NCBI GenBank assembly: GCA_951406725.2
Contig: OX597815.1
Location: 213,342,001 to 213,406,000, forward strand
Reading direction: 5' to 3'
Source of the DNA: Octopus vulgaris
Lineage: Eukaryota
Length of the DNA stretch: 64,000 nucleotides
The first letter of the stretch is position 1, and every line of letters starts with the position of its first letter. Positions 1 to 13,358 of the stretch are shown here, piece by piece. A model generated the notes under the pieces. It worked only from the letters and a program-made list of their open reading frames with translations. It had not been told where the DNA came from and ran no database searches. The translations under genes and the position numbers were made by a program.

Positions 1-93
1 AAATATTAGCACAGAGATAAAACAGTATGATAAAATACACAGTAATTAAAACAAGACATAATTAAAAGGGAATAAAACATGAAAGATTATTGT

Positions 94-136
94 CTAGGTC
101 AGGTTAGGGGACTCCATGTCCCCTAACCTGACCTAG
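94..136. repeat. Perfect 19-bp hairpin, 5-nt loop
   Basis: ctaggtcaggttaggggac-tccat-gtcccctaacctgacctag. Confidence 0.95.
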
Positions 137-987
137 CCAATCTTAATATTGTTTTCTCATGTATCAAAAAGTACCAGGTAAATTTTTTTAGTTGGTTCTG
201 GTTGACAAATACCTACATCTTCAGGCTAAGACTACTTTAATTCATTATAATGTCTTATTACTATTATTATTATTGAGTTGGCGTTAGGAAGGGCATCCAG
301 CCGTAGAAACACTGCCAGATTTGACTGGGCCTGATGAAGCCTTCTGGCTTCACAGACCCCAGTAGAACCGTCCAACCCATGTTAGCATGGAAAACGGACG
401 CTAAACGACGACGATGATGATGATGATGAGTGAGAGAGCAGCACATGCCATCAAAGTGACCCTGGGGTACAAATATATGAAGCCCAATATACCCATCATG
501 ACTACTCGTCTGATAAAGGTATACTAGGCACATGCAGCACAACCATACGTGTGTGACATGGTGATTTCATATCAAGATAAATAGCACGTGACCTTGCAGG
601 TGGGGCCCAGTTAGAATTTTCTTCAGGTCGAGTAGCCCATCCTGCTCAAAAAGTCTCTTCTCTGAATAAGGGTTCTTTAAGGATGTTGAATGACACACCC
701 ATGTTTCCAGAGGTGAATTATTCAAACCCCAAAGAATTCCTCTCAACACATGGTTATGATTCTCCCCCACTACTTCTGCTTGTGATCAAAGATGCACATA
801 TCATCATCCACCAAGGGACTTGCTCATCTAGTTAAGGTCAAACAATTGACAAGCAAATCTGTGGTATTGAACAGAATATTTGCTGTGGCCCATCTTTTAC
901 TCCAAGACGAAACATATACAGGATAACACTTCCAATCGGTTAAGATCAGAAGCCACGAGAGCCAGTGCCTGGGACTGCATCAGGGCA

Positions 988-1370
988 TCTCTCTCTATAT
1001 AAACGGCAGTTTGTCTGTGCGTGTTTCTGTGTGTCTGTTTTCTCGTACCCTCACTCTGACCACGGCTTTCAACCGATTCTGATGAAACTTGACACACACA
1101 TAGCCCAATGTCATAATTCAAAACTAACGCAGCGAAAATTTTGAAAAGTTCCCCCAGTTCTGAAAAAAATCGATAAATTCGACATGGGGTCGAGAATCTG
1201 AAACCCAAACCACAGACCGTCTAGGGGACGCAACTCCACCTTTTTTAACTCTCAAAAAATTTACCATCATTTTTTTCCCATTTTTTTGCTATTTTTTGGC
1301 TATAACTCTCTAAAAATGCTTTATAGTTATTTCCCTTACAAACCTGAGCAACGCCGGGCGATACTGCTAG
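988..1370 (+). mobile_element. Non-autonomous Helitron (family 1)
   Basis: 5' TC, 3' GC-rich subterminal hairpin (cctgagcaacgccggg) then CTAG, inserted between A and T with no TSD. Confidence 0.8.
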
Positions 1371-2446
1371 TTTATTATAATTATTATTATTATTGAATGT
1401 TGCTGTGAGCAGATGTGCTTTTCCTTCACTCCAAGAGCTTTGAAGTTTTACCAAGATTGTCAAGTGCTGCAATAAATACCACAAGGCATTTTGTTCGACA
1501 TGCCAACAACAACAACACTAATAAAAATTATAATACTAATTTCTAAAATAAGTGCAAGGAGCAGGTTACCTTTGTTTATCAATAACTTTGTGATTCTGAT
1601 TTCAAGAAACTGATATAAACAGTATCTCACTATAAAACACCAATAACCTTAATAGCGATGTTTTTCCACTTAGGCCAAAGGCCAACTCTAATTGTTAGCA
1701 ATAATCATTAAATATATAACATTTCAGTCAAAATATGAACAGATGCTACAGTCTGCTAGGTTGTAATTATCACCATAGTAACCAAAGAATGCTTGTGTAA
1801 TGACATAATTCCTTACACTGCATACATGTATGTTCATATAGATCGAGATATATATTGCATACACAAATATGTGTGTGTATGTTTATATAGACATGAATGG
1901 GTGTCATGGCTGTGTGGTTAAGATGTTCAATTCCCAGCCATACAGTTTTGGGTTCAGTTCCACTGCATGGTACTTTGAGCAAATGTCTTCTACTGTACAG
2001 CCTTGGGATAAAGATCTTTTCTGAGTCATAAAGACTCACAGGGCCACTTTCCTGGTGGACGAATTGACATTGGACAAAGTGACAGCGGACGAAAAGTTGG
2101 GTCATGATATATATATACGTGTGTATATATCAAAGTGAGTTTCCCTGTTCTTCAATTGAACCATCTACTCATAAAATTATAGTTGAAATCATTGAGTTTT
2201 CAGTTGACACTTCAAATCCTCCGGCAGAATTGTCTGATACTGTGTGTGGCAAAGCTGGTGTTCTTTTGAATGGCAAATACAGACCATTTGGAACTTCTAC
2301 ACACACAATCTCCCTTGTAAAAGACACTTATCCAAAGTAATGGGATTAAACTCTTAATCTCATTATTGTGAAGCAACCTTCTTATCCATTCAGCCATGGA
2401 TTTGCTACACATGCACATGCATAAACACACACACACACACATGAAG

Positions 2447-2652
2447 GAGGGGATGCTGGAAAAGTCCTGGCTTTAAGGGTATCGTGTAAAGTCTGAATTC
2501 TTCTGAAACCTTCTGAATTCTTTTACAGGGCTTACAAAAACTGAAGGGCCACATGTGAATCTGAGAGGGGAAATATGTTGAATAAAATCATAATTAACTG
2601 ATCCTCCTGTATTGTCTTTAACCCAAAGCCGGGAACTTATGAGCACCCCTTG
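2447..2652 (+). mobile_element. Mariner-derived MITE (older copy of 44281-44493 family)
   Basis: Same TIRs and internal sequence (gtgaatctgagaggggaaatatgttgaataaaatcataa), ending cacccct-tg-ta. Confidence 0.7.
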
Positions 2653-2801
2653 TAAATATCCATACAAGCCCATAGGAAATATGAGCAGACAAGTATGTGG
2701 GTGGGGGGAAAGAAAGACGATTGGAAAATGAAATTGCTTATGTTGAGAAAATAAGGTCTTTCACTTCTTGTCAACCCTTCTTGATTTCATACAAGAATGA
2801 A

Positions 2802-3018
2802 CCCTTTAGCATTTAAGCAGACCATATCTAGTCCAAATATTCTACCTATTTTATGCTCAACCTGGCCAGTTCTAGCCTCTCACACCTACCCTACAATTAC
2901 ATTCTAAAAATAAACAATCCCATCATTAAAATCTTGAAGCTACAAGATGATTAATTCAAAACAGTAAATAAGAATATCTAAGAATTACATTTGATAGACT
3001 CATTTGAACACAAAAGGG
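2802..3018. mobile_element. piggyBac-like MITE (second copy)
   Basis: ccctttagcatttaa...aaaaggg-TTAA; interior is reverse-complementary to 8357-8569. Confidence 0.6.
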
Positions 3019-3990
3019 TTAATCAGTGTTCCAATGTTATTTCATCCACTCACCACTGAACACTTACAATCTCTAGTATAATACAGTCTCTACGGTTACT
3101 CAGCTAACTGGAAGCCAAATTTCCTGCTTTAGGATAATTTATTGAACCATGGCATCCGGAGCATTAACAAAAAGCTCTTTTGAATATTAAAGCTTCTTGT
3201 TTGAGACCAGACAGTTGTTGCTGTCGCTACTACTACTGCTATCTTTGTTGTTTGTCTCAAGGTTAGTCCTTACAGAGTGAAGCTATGGCACATCAATAAT
3301 TGGTTGCTTTTTATTCTCTGTTGCTTCACATGGTTGATAATTCGCTTTCCAATTTCCAATTCTTTTGTAGTGTACTCGTTACTTTTCATTGAAGCAGTCA
3401 CGCAGGAAATTAATTTGCTGTTTGATGGGGGCAGAGAGCATCACAAGAACTGGTGACAACATGGCAGCTCTTCATCTATAATCCTGCATTTATTTCCATA
3501 CTCCTTTTTCCATACTCCTTCTTTTGAGGAGAGGTGCATTAGATATGACAATTTCAGGTCAAACACTTGAGACACTTTACACTAACAGATTTGCCCAATA
3601 AGAAATTGGTCATATTTTAATTAGCATTTACCTATTACTTCTGCCTTTATATTTAGATACACAATGGCAAAGTGGAGAGAAACTAGGTTGTACTTTTGCA
3701 GTTCTGTAGCCTGTTGTAGGCAGTTCATTGTTTCAGGACAAAAAAAAGCAAACTCTACTCTAGCTGTTTGAAAGGAAAAGGTTTCATGATTTATTAAGCA
3801 ACAGCCTTTCCCCTCTCAAGATTAGAATGGCTATTTAAATGGGGTTTTTTTTCACTCTACAATAGAACATTAATCATATGATTTCAGGTTCAGTCCCATT
3901 GCCTGGCACCTTAGGTAAACGTTTTCTACTAAAGTACCAGGCTGACCAAAGCCTTGCGAATAGATTTAGTACAATGAAACTGAAAGAAGC

Positions 3991-4033
<43 letters not shown>

Positions 4034-5603
4034 CTTTGTCTTGACATTGTGTGATAATAATAAATGTGTGTCACTGCCAAGTGGTGTCATTTATTTCCGA
4101 TATTCTGTGAAATATGTCTGGTCATGAAGAAATATTAGTTTACTTGGCAACAAGTGAGGTTTGGCAATAGGAAAGACAACTGGCCATAAAACAATTTGCC
4201 TTAATGAATTCTGTCTGATCCAGAATGGAAAAGTGGATGTTAAAACAATGATGATGATGCAGTTTCTGGAGACTTTACGAATTTATCAGACTATATCTTG
4301 TATGGTGGAGGCACATGGCCTAGTGGTTAGAGCAGCAGACTCGCAGTCGAGGGATCATGGGTTTGAATCTCAGACAGGGCAATGTGTATGTTTATGAGCG
4401 AAACAGCTAAGCTCCACACAGCTCTGGCAGAAGGTGAACTTCTGCAGACTCTTTTGCCACAACTTTCTCTCACTTTTTCGACCTGCATCTTGCAGCTCAC
4501 CTGTGACAGACCAGCGTCCCGTCCAGGTGGGGAACCTATACACCAAGGAAACTAGGAAACAGGCCCTTATGAGTCAGGCATGGCTTGAGTAGGAACAAAC
4601 AATATCTTGTATGATTTCAAAGGAAACTTATGGCCCATATGATATCAGAATGAGAAAATGTTTCCATGTTGGCTATTCACAGGTTGTTTAAAACTACTTC
4701 CTCCATAACAACAACTGTAGAAAAAAAATATTCCTAATGTGGTGCAGAGCAATGCTATTAAGTAGTCAAGATAAATACAAAAGTGTTCAAAGTCTGCTTC
4801 CAGAAATGAAATGTAATTTTAAAAACAAAAATAACCTAATGCTTTAATGAAGGTAAAGTACCATTATTCTCCTCCACTTTGTTACAGACCCATCCTATGA
4901 ATGTTTGGGAGTGTACATAACAAATTGTTTTTCAGTGTATGTTACTTCTCAAGAGTGTCACCTCATCCTTGAACTCCATTGTTCTCAACTCCTGTCTTTC
5001 TCAATCTATCCCTACCACATTTACATTCAACCACCAACTTGCAGTATATTTATCACTTTAGCTTACATTACACATACAGACTAACAAGTTGTTTCAAAAA
5101 CTGCAGGCTGCAATCAACATCCACATCACAGCTGGCATTATTTATATTAGATAAAATTATCAACTGTAAACAAAGTATACAAAACAAGCAATTCATATAT
5201 GGAGGCATAGGTGTGGCTGTGTGGGAGAAATTTGCTTCTCAACTACATAATTCTGGGCTTAGTCTGACATAGTGGGACTGAACCTTGGCTACTGTAGCCC
5301 CAGGATGACCAAAGCCTTGTGAGTGGATTTGGTAGATGGAAACTGAAACAAGATTGTCATGTATATATCGTCAACAACATCATCATGATTTATCATTAGT
5401 TTTCCATACTGGCATGAATTGGACTATATATATATATATCCTTTCTACTATAGGCACATCAATCCCCAGTACTTAACTGGTACTTAATTTATCAACCCTG
5501 AAAGGATGAAAGGCAAAGTCAACCTTGGTGGAATTTGAACTTGGAACGTAGTGGGGTGAAATACCGCTAAGCATTTCATCCACCAATGATTCTGCCAGCT
5601 CAC

Positions 5604-5696
<93 letters not shown>

Positions 5697-6589
5697 CATA
5701 TATTACATGTATGTATATATCTGTGTGTGTCTGTGTTTGTCCCTTTGAAAACTAGTGTTGATTTGCTTATGTACTCTGTAACCTAGAGGTTCTGTAAAAG
5801 AACCCGGTAGAAAAAGTACTCAGCTAAAAATAAGTGCTAGGATTGATTTGTTTGACTAGACTTTTCAAGGTGGTGTCCCAGCATGGCCACAGTTCAATGA
5901 CTGAAATAAGTAAAAGATATATAAGATGCCACTTGTTGCTGTATTTATTATCCATTACATTATTGCATAAACAATTAAGTAACAATAATTTAGGTATGTA
6001 TTTTTCGTGGTAGCATTTATTATCTGTCTATCTGATATTATAGAGTGTGAAAAGAGAGTACTCATAATTTAATACATATTAATTCTGGCAACATTTAGTA
6101 TGAGTCTAACCAACACATGATAACGAATAGACAGAAAGTAGCAATAGTTTATGTGCGTCTATATATATTATGATAATATTTACTGCCTCTTCAACTCCTG
6201 TTAATTCTTTGTACTTTCGGTTTATACAGTAATTGTGGAGGATAATAACTATGGCAACAATGTACATAAATTATTTGTAACCTCTGTTTACAGTTGATAT
6301 CTTTTCTGATGTTAATTATGTCAACTATGAAATGAAAATGGTATTCATTGTTGACTAAATGCAGTTTATGAGATAACGTGCTGGTTTGGATGAGTTGGGC
6401 AAACAGAGAATACCAATTATTTATGTAAATATAGGTGCAGATATGACTTTGCAACCACATGGTTTCAGGTTCAGTCTCACCGTGCCACCTTGGGAAAATA
6501 TCTTCCACTATAGCACTGGGCTGACCAAAGTGAATAAATTTGGTTGATGGAAAGTGTGTGGAAGCCTGTTTTATATATATATATATATT

Positions 6590-6913
6590 CTGAGACCCCT
6601 TTCGATCGCAACACAGACCATGGAAGTTACCCTCCCAGGCATAAGTCCGGACAAGGTTGTTTATGGAAACCAGCAGTCGCCCATGTATGCCGGCCTCCCC
6701 TCTCCACACCACCAGTGTTATCCAAGGGAAAGGCAAAGGGGCCGATACAATTTGGCACCTGTGATGTTGCAACTCATTTCTGCAGCTGAGTGAACTGGAG
6801 CAACGTGAAATAAAGTGTCTTGCTCAAGAACACAACACGCAGCCCGGTCCGGGATTCGAGCTCACAACTTCACGATCGTAAGCTCGACGCTCTAACCACT
6901 GAGCCATGCACCT
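6590..6913 (-). mobile_element. SINE family D (tRNA-derived head)
   Basis: gcatggctcagtggttagagc...ctcgaatccc then tgtgttcttgagcaagacact; homologous copy at 20733-21075 (+). Confidence 0.75.
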
Positions 6914-7280
6914 CTCTCTCTCTATATATATATATGTAAATGTGTGTGTGTGTGTGTGTGTGTGCTTGTTTGCGTGTCTCCTAGTGTTGATGTCATATGA
7001 TGGTGGTAAGCAAGCATTACTGTCATACAAGCAATGTTGTTTGTTTCCAGTTTTCTGTGAAAAACATGTTTAGATATGTGGAAATATTACCTTGCTTGGA
7101 GACAGGTGATAATCAGTGACAAGAAGGGCAGGTAGTTGTAGAAAATTTACCTTGACAAATTTCGTCTGACCCATGCAAGCATGGAAAAGTGGGCATTGAA
7201 GTGATGATGATAACAATGCTTACAAAAACACATTTAAAAGAATAAAAATAAAAATAAAGACAATCAAAGAAAATACTTAC

Positions 7281-7427
7281 ACTGCTGCCCCCAAAACAAA
7301 TGAACAAGCATGGGATATTAATAAAGTTGGCAGATTTTCCATACAGAACACACCATTACGCAACACTTTGGTATTACGCACACTCAGTCTGTGGCGGCGT
7401 GGGTGTTTGAAATATCCACTTAAATCT
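7281..7427 (-). CDS. BNIP3: BNIP3 coding exon D (pre-TM basic region and transmembrane helix)
   Basis: Acceptor ttttttttctccag, 147 nt, donor gtaagt. Translates DLSGYFKHPRRHRLSVRNTKVLRNGVFCMENLPTLLISHACSFVLGAA(V), matching BNIP3 FKHPKR..LSMRNT..LPSLLLSH..LG. Phase fits exon C. Confidence 0.95.
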
Positions 7428-7932
7428 CTGGAGAAAAAAAAATGAAAATGGAAATGTAACATTAGATATTACAAGTAGCAATTTGGCCAGAAAAGAATAA
7501 CAATTGGCACTCTAATGGACAGCCCCAGTCACTTGCCAGTTACCAAATTACACAAAAGAATGCTCACCATTCCAACTTTTCAAAGAAGACACTAATTTAT
7601 TTTTGTTATTTTAACTCTTATCAATTTATTTCTACAAAATAATCCACCAGTCACTCAGCATTAGTAGGATTGGTTATTTTACTCATGTCTAACATATAAT
7701 AATAATTATATGGTTTGTATCTCATTACTTGGCTTTTTTTCTCTTTGTTGTCTCATATTGGTGTTCATTGTCAATAATATGATTTATGTTGAAAATATTA
7801 GTGGTTATTTCATAATTTCATATATGCTTGTTACTTAGAGAAGAAATTTTGTAGGAAGACAGCAAAAGCAAAAATAGTGTAAGCCAATAAAGGAACTTCT
7901 TGGTTGATGGTTGATTTTTTTTTTTAATGTAA

Positions 7933-8325
7933 TCTCTCTATATATAAAGCTGAAGTTGTCTGTGTATGGCAGGTTTGGTAGTCTTCAACTAACACTATCT
8001 CCTCCGAGACCCTGCGGCACGAGTTGACCAAAATTGAGAGTATGATAGAAGAAGGCTTGCTCTTTCTTCAGTAGAAGAAAAAATTCAAATCGGGCCATGT
8101 TAACACCAAAAATTATTTACATCAACAAGGTGCTTTTTTTCTATGAAAATCCCTATTTTTTATGATTTTTTGACTGATGTGTCACCATTTCTCGGTGTAT
8201 TTCAACCAGAAAAATGTTCACTTGAAGAGAATAACAGGCTACATTAATGCAAAACTTTTACTTTTCAAAAATTCCAATTCTAAAGGGTCAAAACAAACCC
8301 GAGCAATGCCAGGCGATACTGCTAG
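7933..8325 (+). mobile_element. Non-autonomous Helitron (family 2, copy 1)
   Basis: A|TC...aaacccgagcaatgccaggcgatactgCTAG|T; highly similar to 13799-14189 along its length. Confidence 0.85.
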
Positions 8326-8356
8326 TTACTAAATATCTTTCAAAAGACTCTTTTAA

Positions 8357-8569
8357 CCCTTTATAATTCAAATTACTCTATCAAATGTAATACTTATTTA
8401 TTGTTTCAAATTAATTCTGGAGTATCTTGTGGCTTTCAGATTTCAATGAAGTGATTGTTTATTTTCAGAATAACATTGTAGAGTAAGTGTGAGAGGCCAG
8501 TTGTAGCCAGTTTGAACATAAAACAAGTGGGATATTAGGCTGGATATGGTCGGATTAAATGCTAAAGGA
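8357..8569. mobile_element. piggyBac-like MITE
   Basis: TTAA-ccctttat...taaatgctaaagga-TTAA; an inverted homologous copy lies at 2802-3018. Confidence 0.6.
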
Positions 8570-8651
8570 TTAAACATTATTTTTAATTAGGACAACATAC
8601 GTATGTACGAACAAACAAACAAATGAATGAATGAAAGGCAATAATGCTCAC

Positions 8652-8716
8652 CCAACAGGCTGAATTTCTGGCCTACTTGACCAATCCCATATCCAATCTG
8701 TCCCTACAGATTCTCC
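8652..8716 (-). CDS. BNIP3: BNIP3 coding exon C (WDWSSRPE conserved domain)
   Basis: Acceptor ttcttcccttttgcag, 65 nt, donor gtgagc. Translates GESVGTDWIWDWSSRPEIQPV(G), containing the family hallmark DWIWDWSSRPE. Confidence 0.95.
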
Positions 8717-8984
8717 CTGCAAAAGGGAAGAAAAAATGATTAAATTTGATGTCTACATTCTTTATGTATCAACATAATCATATTTTTATTTACTTAACAG
8801 AAATATTTTAAGAATCAAAAATGGATCCTACACTCAGGTCCCCCTCTGCATACTTTGCAAATGTCTGCTTGCAATCACACATGGAAAGCTTCATTTACAC
8901 ATTACAATACAGTTTTCAATAAGATCCTTCTTGGCTTAACCCCTTCCCCTCCAAACAAAAATTATCACTCAAATGCATAATATA

Positions 8985-9394
8985 GGTGTAGGAGTGGCTG
9001 TATGGTAAGTAGCTTGCTTACGAACCACATGGTTCTGGGTTCAGTCCCACTGCATGGCACCTTGGGCAAGTGTCTTCTACTATAGCCTCAGGCTGACCAA
9101 AGCCTTGTGAGTGGATTTGGTAGACGGAAACTGAGAGAAGCCCATATATATGTATATAAATGTATATATGTATGTGAGTGTGTATACGTTTGTGTGTCTA
9201 TGTTTGTCCCCCAACTTGACCACTGATGCTGGTGTAATAGCGTCCCCGTAACTTAGCGGTTCGGCAAAAGAGACCGATAAAATAAGTACTAGGCTTACAA
9301 AGAATAAGTCCTGGGGTCAATTTGCTCGACTAAAGGTAGTGCTCCAGCATGGCCACAGTCAAATGACTGAAACAAGTAAAAGAGTAAAGAGTAA
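8985..9394 (+). mobile_element. SINE family A (tRNA-like head, internal TA/TG microsatellite, gtaaaaga tail)
   Basis: Head ggagtggctgt.tggtaagtagcttgc...ggttcagtccc with A/B boxes; the same ~400-bp body recurs many times in the window. Confidence 0.85.
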
Positions 9395-10562
9395 TATGCA
9401 ATTCATAGCATTGATAAAAATGCTTTGCAGTATTTCTTCTGTTTCTATATGTTCTTCAAGGGTCAAATACTGGGTTTGACCCTATCAATTACCCTCAAAG
9501 GCTGTTGGCTTTGTGGCTATATTGGAAAAAATTATTATTATTTGGAAAGATGGTGAGCTGGTAGAATTGTTAGCACACTGGGCAAAATGTTTAGCGGCAT
9601 TTCATCTGTCTTTATGTTCTCGGTTCAAATTCTGCCAAAGTCGACTTTGCCTTTCATCTTTTCAGGGTCGAAGAAATAAGTACCGGTTACACACTGGGGT
9701 CGATGTAACTGACTAGCCTCCTCCCCCAAAATTTCAGGCCTTGTGCCTATACTAGAAAGGATTATTATTATTATTATTATTATCTGGGAAGTTGGCAGAA
9801 TTGTTAGCACATCAGTCAAAAAGCTTAGTGGTATTTCTTCTGACGCTTTATGCACTGAGTTCAAATACTGCCACGGCTGACTTTGCTTTTGGGGGTTGAT
9901 AAATTAAGCTGTGCACTGTGGGTAGGGGGTGATGTAACCGACTTGCCCTCTCACCTGAAATTGTTGGTCTTGTGCTAAAATTTGAAATCATTATTAAGGT
10001 GGCAAGCTGGCAGAATCATTAGCACATTGGACAAAATGTTTTGAGGCATTTGTTTTAGATTTTTACATTCTGAGTTCAGATACCACTAAATTTAACTTTG
10101 TCTTTTGCTCTTTTGGGGCTTGGTAAAATAAAATATCAGTCACGTGCAGGGGGTCAATGTAATTGACTAATCCCCCACCCAACTGCTTTAAAATTACTAA
10201 ACTTCTGCCAAAATTAGAAAGAATAAAAAGAGTAATTATTACTATTTAGCATGAAGAGAAAGAGTAACAATACTTATGATTTTCACAGGCTCTCCAAAAT
10301 AGTGCAAGACTTCAAGCTTTACAGGGAGGTGGAAATAGGATTTCGGGGATAGATCTCATGTAGAGATAGTATTTGAAGTGAAGTGAAATGACAATAGTAA
10401 AGAATGAAAACTTGGTCACAATCTCAGCTGATATGTAAAACAATATCAACATCATCTGTATTCAATTTCTGTATGGTATATTTATATCATATATTGTTGT
10501 TACTTAGACCAGGTCAGTCTCACTGTGACCACCCTGTCTTTATGTGCATTTGTTTGTTTGTT

Positions 10563-10566
<4 letters not shown>

Positions 10567-10645
<79 letters not shown>

Positions 10646-10685
10646 ATGTATGTATGTATGTATGTATGTATGTATGTATGTATGT
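10567..10685. repeat. Compound (TG)n-(TATG)n microsatellite
   Basis: Direct reading; similar tract at ~43570-43670. Confidence 0.95.
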
Positions 10686-10870
10686 ACGTATCAAACATGA
10701 ATTAGAAGCAGCTTGGGGTATATAAGCAAAATAAAACACACATACACAAAGTATGTGTGTTTCTAGTTCCTGGGGTGGGGTCCAGTTGATTAGATTGACC
10801 CCAGTATGCAATCAGTACTTAATTTATCGACCCCGAAAGGATGAAAGGCAAAGTCAACCTCAGCAGAATT

Positions 10871-11242
10871 ATCAATGAAGATTTGGGTATGAGACACCTG
10901 TCTGCCAAGTTTGTACCAAAACTGCTTCCAGCTGACCAAAAAGACACGGATTTGTGTTGAGAACGAAAATTTTGCATAGGCCTCTCAGCTGGTATTGCTA
11001 AGCTTTTGGCAAAATTTGATGCAGATTCTCTGTTCAGCTCTGTCATGGTCCATACGATGATCACATGCTACACATCTTCCTTCCAAGCACTGCTGTAAAC
11101 AGCAGAAGTGAGCTAGAATGTTAAAACTTAATGCGCATGTACAATAGGGTTCTAGGTCAGTCTATGCCAAGTGGCTTCACTCTGTGTGCTTTAGCTTCGT
11201 TACTATAGCAACAATCTGAATACTTGTTGATCAGACCATGTA
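10871..11242. mobile_element. Rearranged mariner/Tc1 transposon relic
   Basis: Plus strand 10871-10950 encodes INEDLGMRHLSAKFVPKLLPADQK (WVPHEL-equivalent linker). Minus strand ~11035-10965 encodes EQRICIKFCQKL (mariner N-terminus). A TIR-like end with TA lies at ~11213-11242. Confidence 0.8.
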
Positions 11243-12514
11243 AACACACTCACACACATAAACACAGACACATATATATATATTTATATATATGGTGACA
11301 TCATTAGTGCTGTTGTCAGAATAAAAAGCATTGTGTACACTTTATAGAATGTAGGAACCATAACAAAACAGATATTGGAGCACAGTATGCCCTGTTAAAC
11401 TGTCTTACCCAGTTCAGCAAAGAACATGGATGTTGGAAGAAAAAGCAAACAAAAACAAACAACATATTAATGGAAAAATTCTTGTAAAACCTTTATAGTT
11501 TTAAATTTGAACTTTAAACCCCCAAACAGATATGTAGATGACAAACAAATTCTGAAACAATTGTCCGTGTATGTTAAGGAGGTAAAAGTCCATAGCTACA
11601 CAGTAAATAACCCCTAACTACATTGATATTGATGCTATACATATATGGAGAAGCTAAAAAAATTATATTGTCTAAGAGAGAGAGAGAAAGAGAGGGGGGA
11701 GGGGGGAGAATAAGGAGAAAAGAAAAACACTTAAAAACAAAAAAATGAATAATTTGCTCAATTGAAAATTCAACTTTGTCCAGTATTATTTTTGTATACA
11801 TCAGATGAAGCTAAAATTGCATAAAACCACCTCACAAGAATACAAGCCCAAACAAAATAAACCATGATATGGCTGAATGAAGTCCTCTCTTTGCAACTAC
11901 ACAGTATGCTAGAAACATCAGCTAAAATCTCTCTCAAATTACACCCTACTACCTTAATCCTTTTGTCCTGTTTAAAGTAATCTAAATTTAAGCTTTCTAT
12001 AAATATTTCATGTTAACTTAAGTTTCAAACTCTATTTTGATAAAGGCAAAGTTGTTTTATTAAATTCTCCATCATCATCATTGTTTCCGCTTTCCATACT
12101 AGCATGTGTTGGACGATTTGACTGAGGTCTGGCGAACCAGATGGCTGCACCAGGCTCCAATCTGATCTGGCAGAGTTTCTACAGTTCGATGCCCTTCCTA
12201 ATGCCAACCACTCCGAGAGTGTAGTGGGTGCTTTTGCGTTCCACCGTCATGAGGGCCAGTCAGGCGGTACTGGCAATGACCACGCTCAAATGGTGCTTTT
12301 TATGTGCCACCTGCACAGGAGCCAGTCCAGTGGCACTGGCAATGACCTTGCTTGAATGTTTTTTCATGTGCCAGTAACGCGACGCAGGTAACGATCATGC
12401 TCGAATGGTGCTTTTTACATGCCACCATTATTTTCAAAATTAACAGAAACAAATGCAGTGTGTGTTTCAACAAATATAATAACAAAAGGGTTAAAATCAA
12501 AACACATTATTTAC

Positions 12515-12566
12515 CTGACTCATCTCATGGGTTGCCCATTCCTTAGGACTGTTTGAAATCTTGGGA
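12515..12566 (-). CDS. BNIP3: BNIP3 coding exon B
   Basis: Long polypyrimidine acceptor (ttttcttttttag), 52 nt, donor CAG|gtaaat. Phase 2 in and phase 0 out fit both neighbouring exons. Translates (S)PKISNSPKEWATHEMSQ. Confidence 0.85.
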
Positions 12567-13318
12567 CTAAAAAAGAAAAAAGAGAAAAATATCTGAAGAC
12601 AATAGATGGATTTATGTTTTACACCTTTTCCTAGGAAAGAAAGCAACCAAAATAAAAATAAACCAAACAAAAAAAATATGGGTTTGATAGTTCTGAAAAT
12701 TTAAGATTTCACATTGTTAGAGTCAGAATTTTATAGTTAGTTGTCATCCCTAATCTCTAGTAATTCAACTATCATAAAGGATTGGTAGCTACTTTGCAAA
12801 ATGTCAAGAAGTAAATATAATAAATAACCCATGCTAGCATGGAAAGCGGACGTTAAACGATGATGATGATGATGATACAGATACAAATTCACAGCCATAC
12901 ATGGTAGTAGTACAGGTGATTGTAATAACACCAGTGCATGCTTGTTACTTCTTTTACCAATCTCTGTGAGATGAAAAGTAACATTGATTCCAGTAGGATT
13001 TGAACTCAGAACATTAAGGTATGTTACTAGACATAGCAAGGATTTTATCCACTGCTCTGCAATTCTGTTACCTACTGCTCAAATAATAATAATGGTTTCT
13101 AATTTAGGCACAAGGCCAGCAATTTTGAGGCAAAGAGCTTGGTTAATTGAATCAAACTCAGTACTTGACTGGTTCTATAGTTTATTAATCCCAGAAGAAT
13201 GAAAGGTAGAGTTGACCTTGGTTAGAATTGAACACTAAATGTAGGGAAGCAGAAAATAGATGCCTCAAGGCATTCTTTCTCCAATACTCTAACAATTCTG
13301 CCTGCCTGCTGCCCTCTT

Positions 13319-13358
<40 letters not shown>

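Noticed and set aside
330-356. CTGATGA followed by hairpin AGCC/GGCT
   Set aside because: No GAAA after the stem; it is a variant of the family E repeat body.
6191-6772. Longest ORF (193 aa)
   Set aside because: Runs through two SINEs and a TA tract; no domain or splice support.
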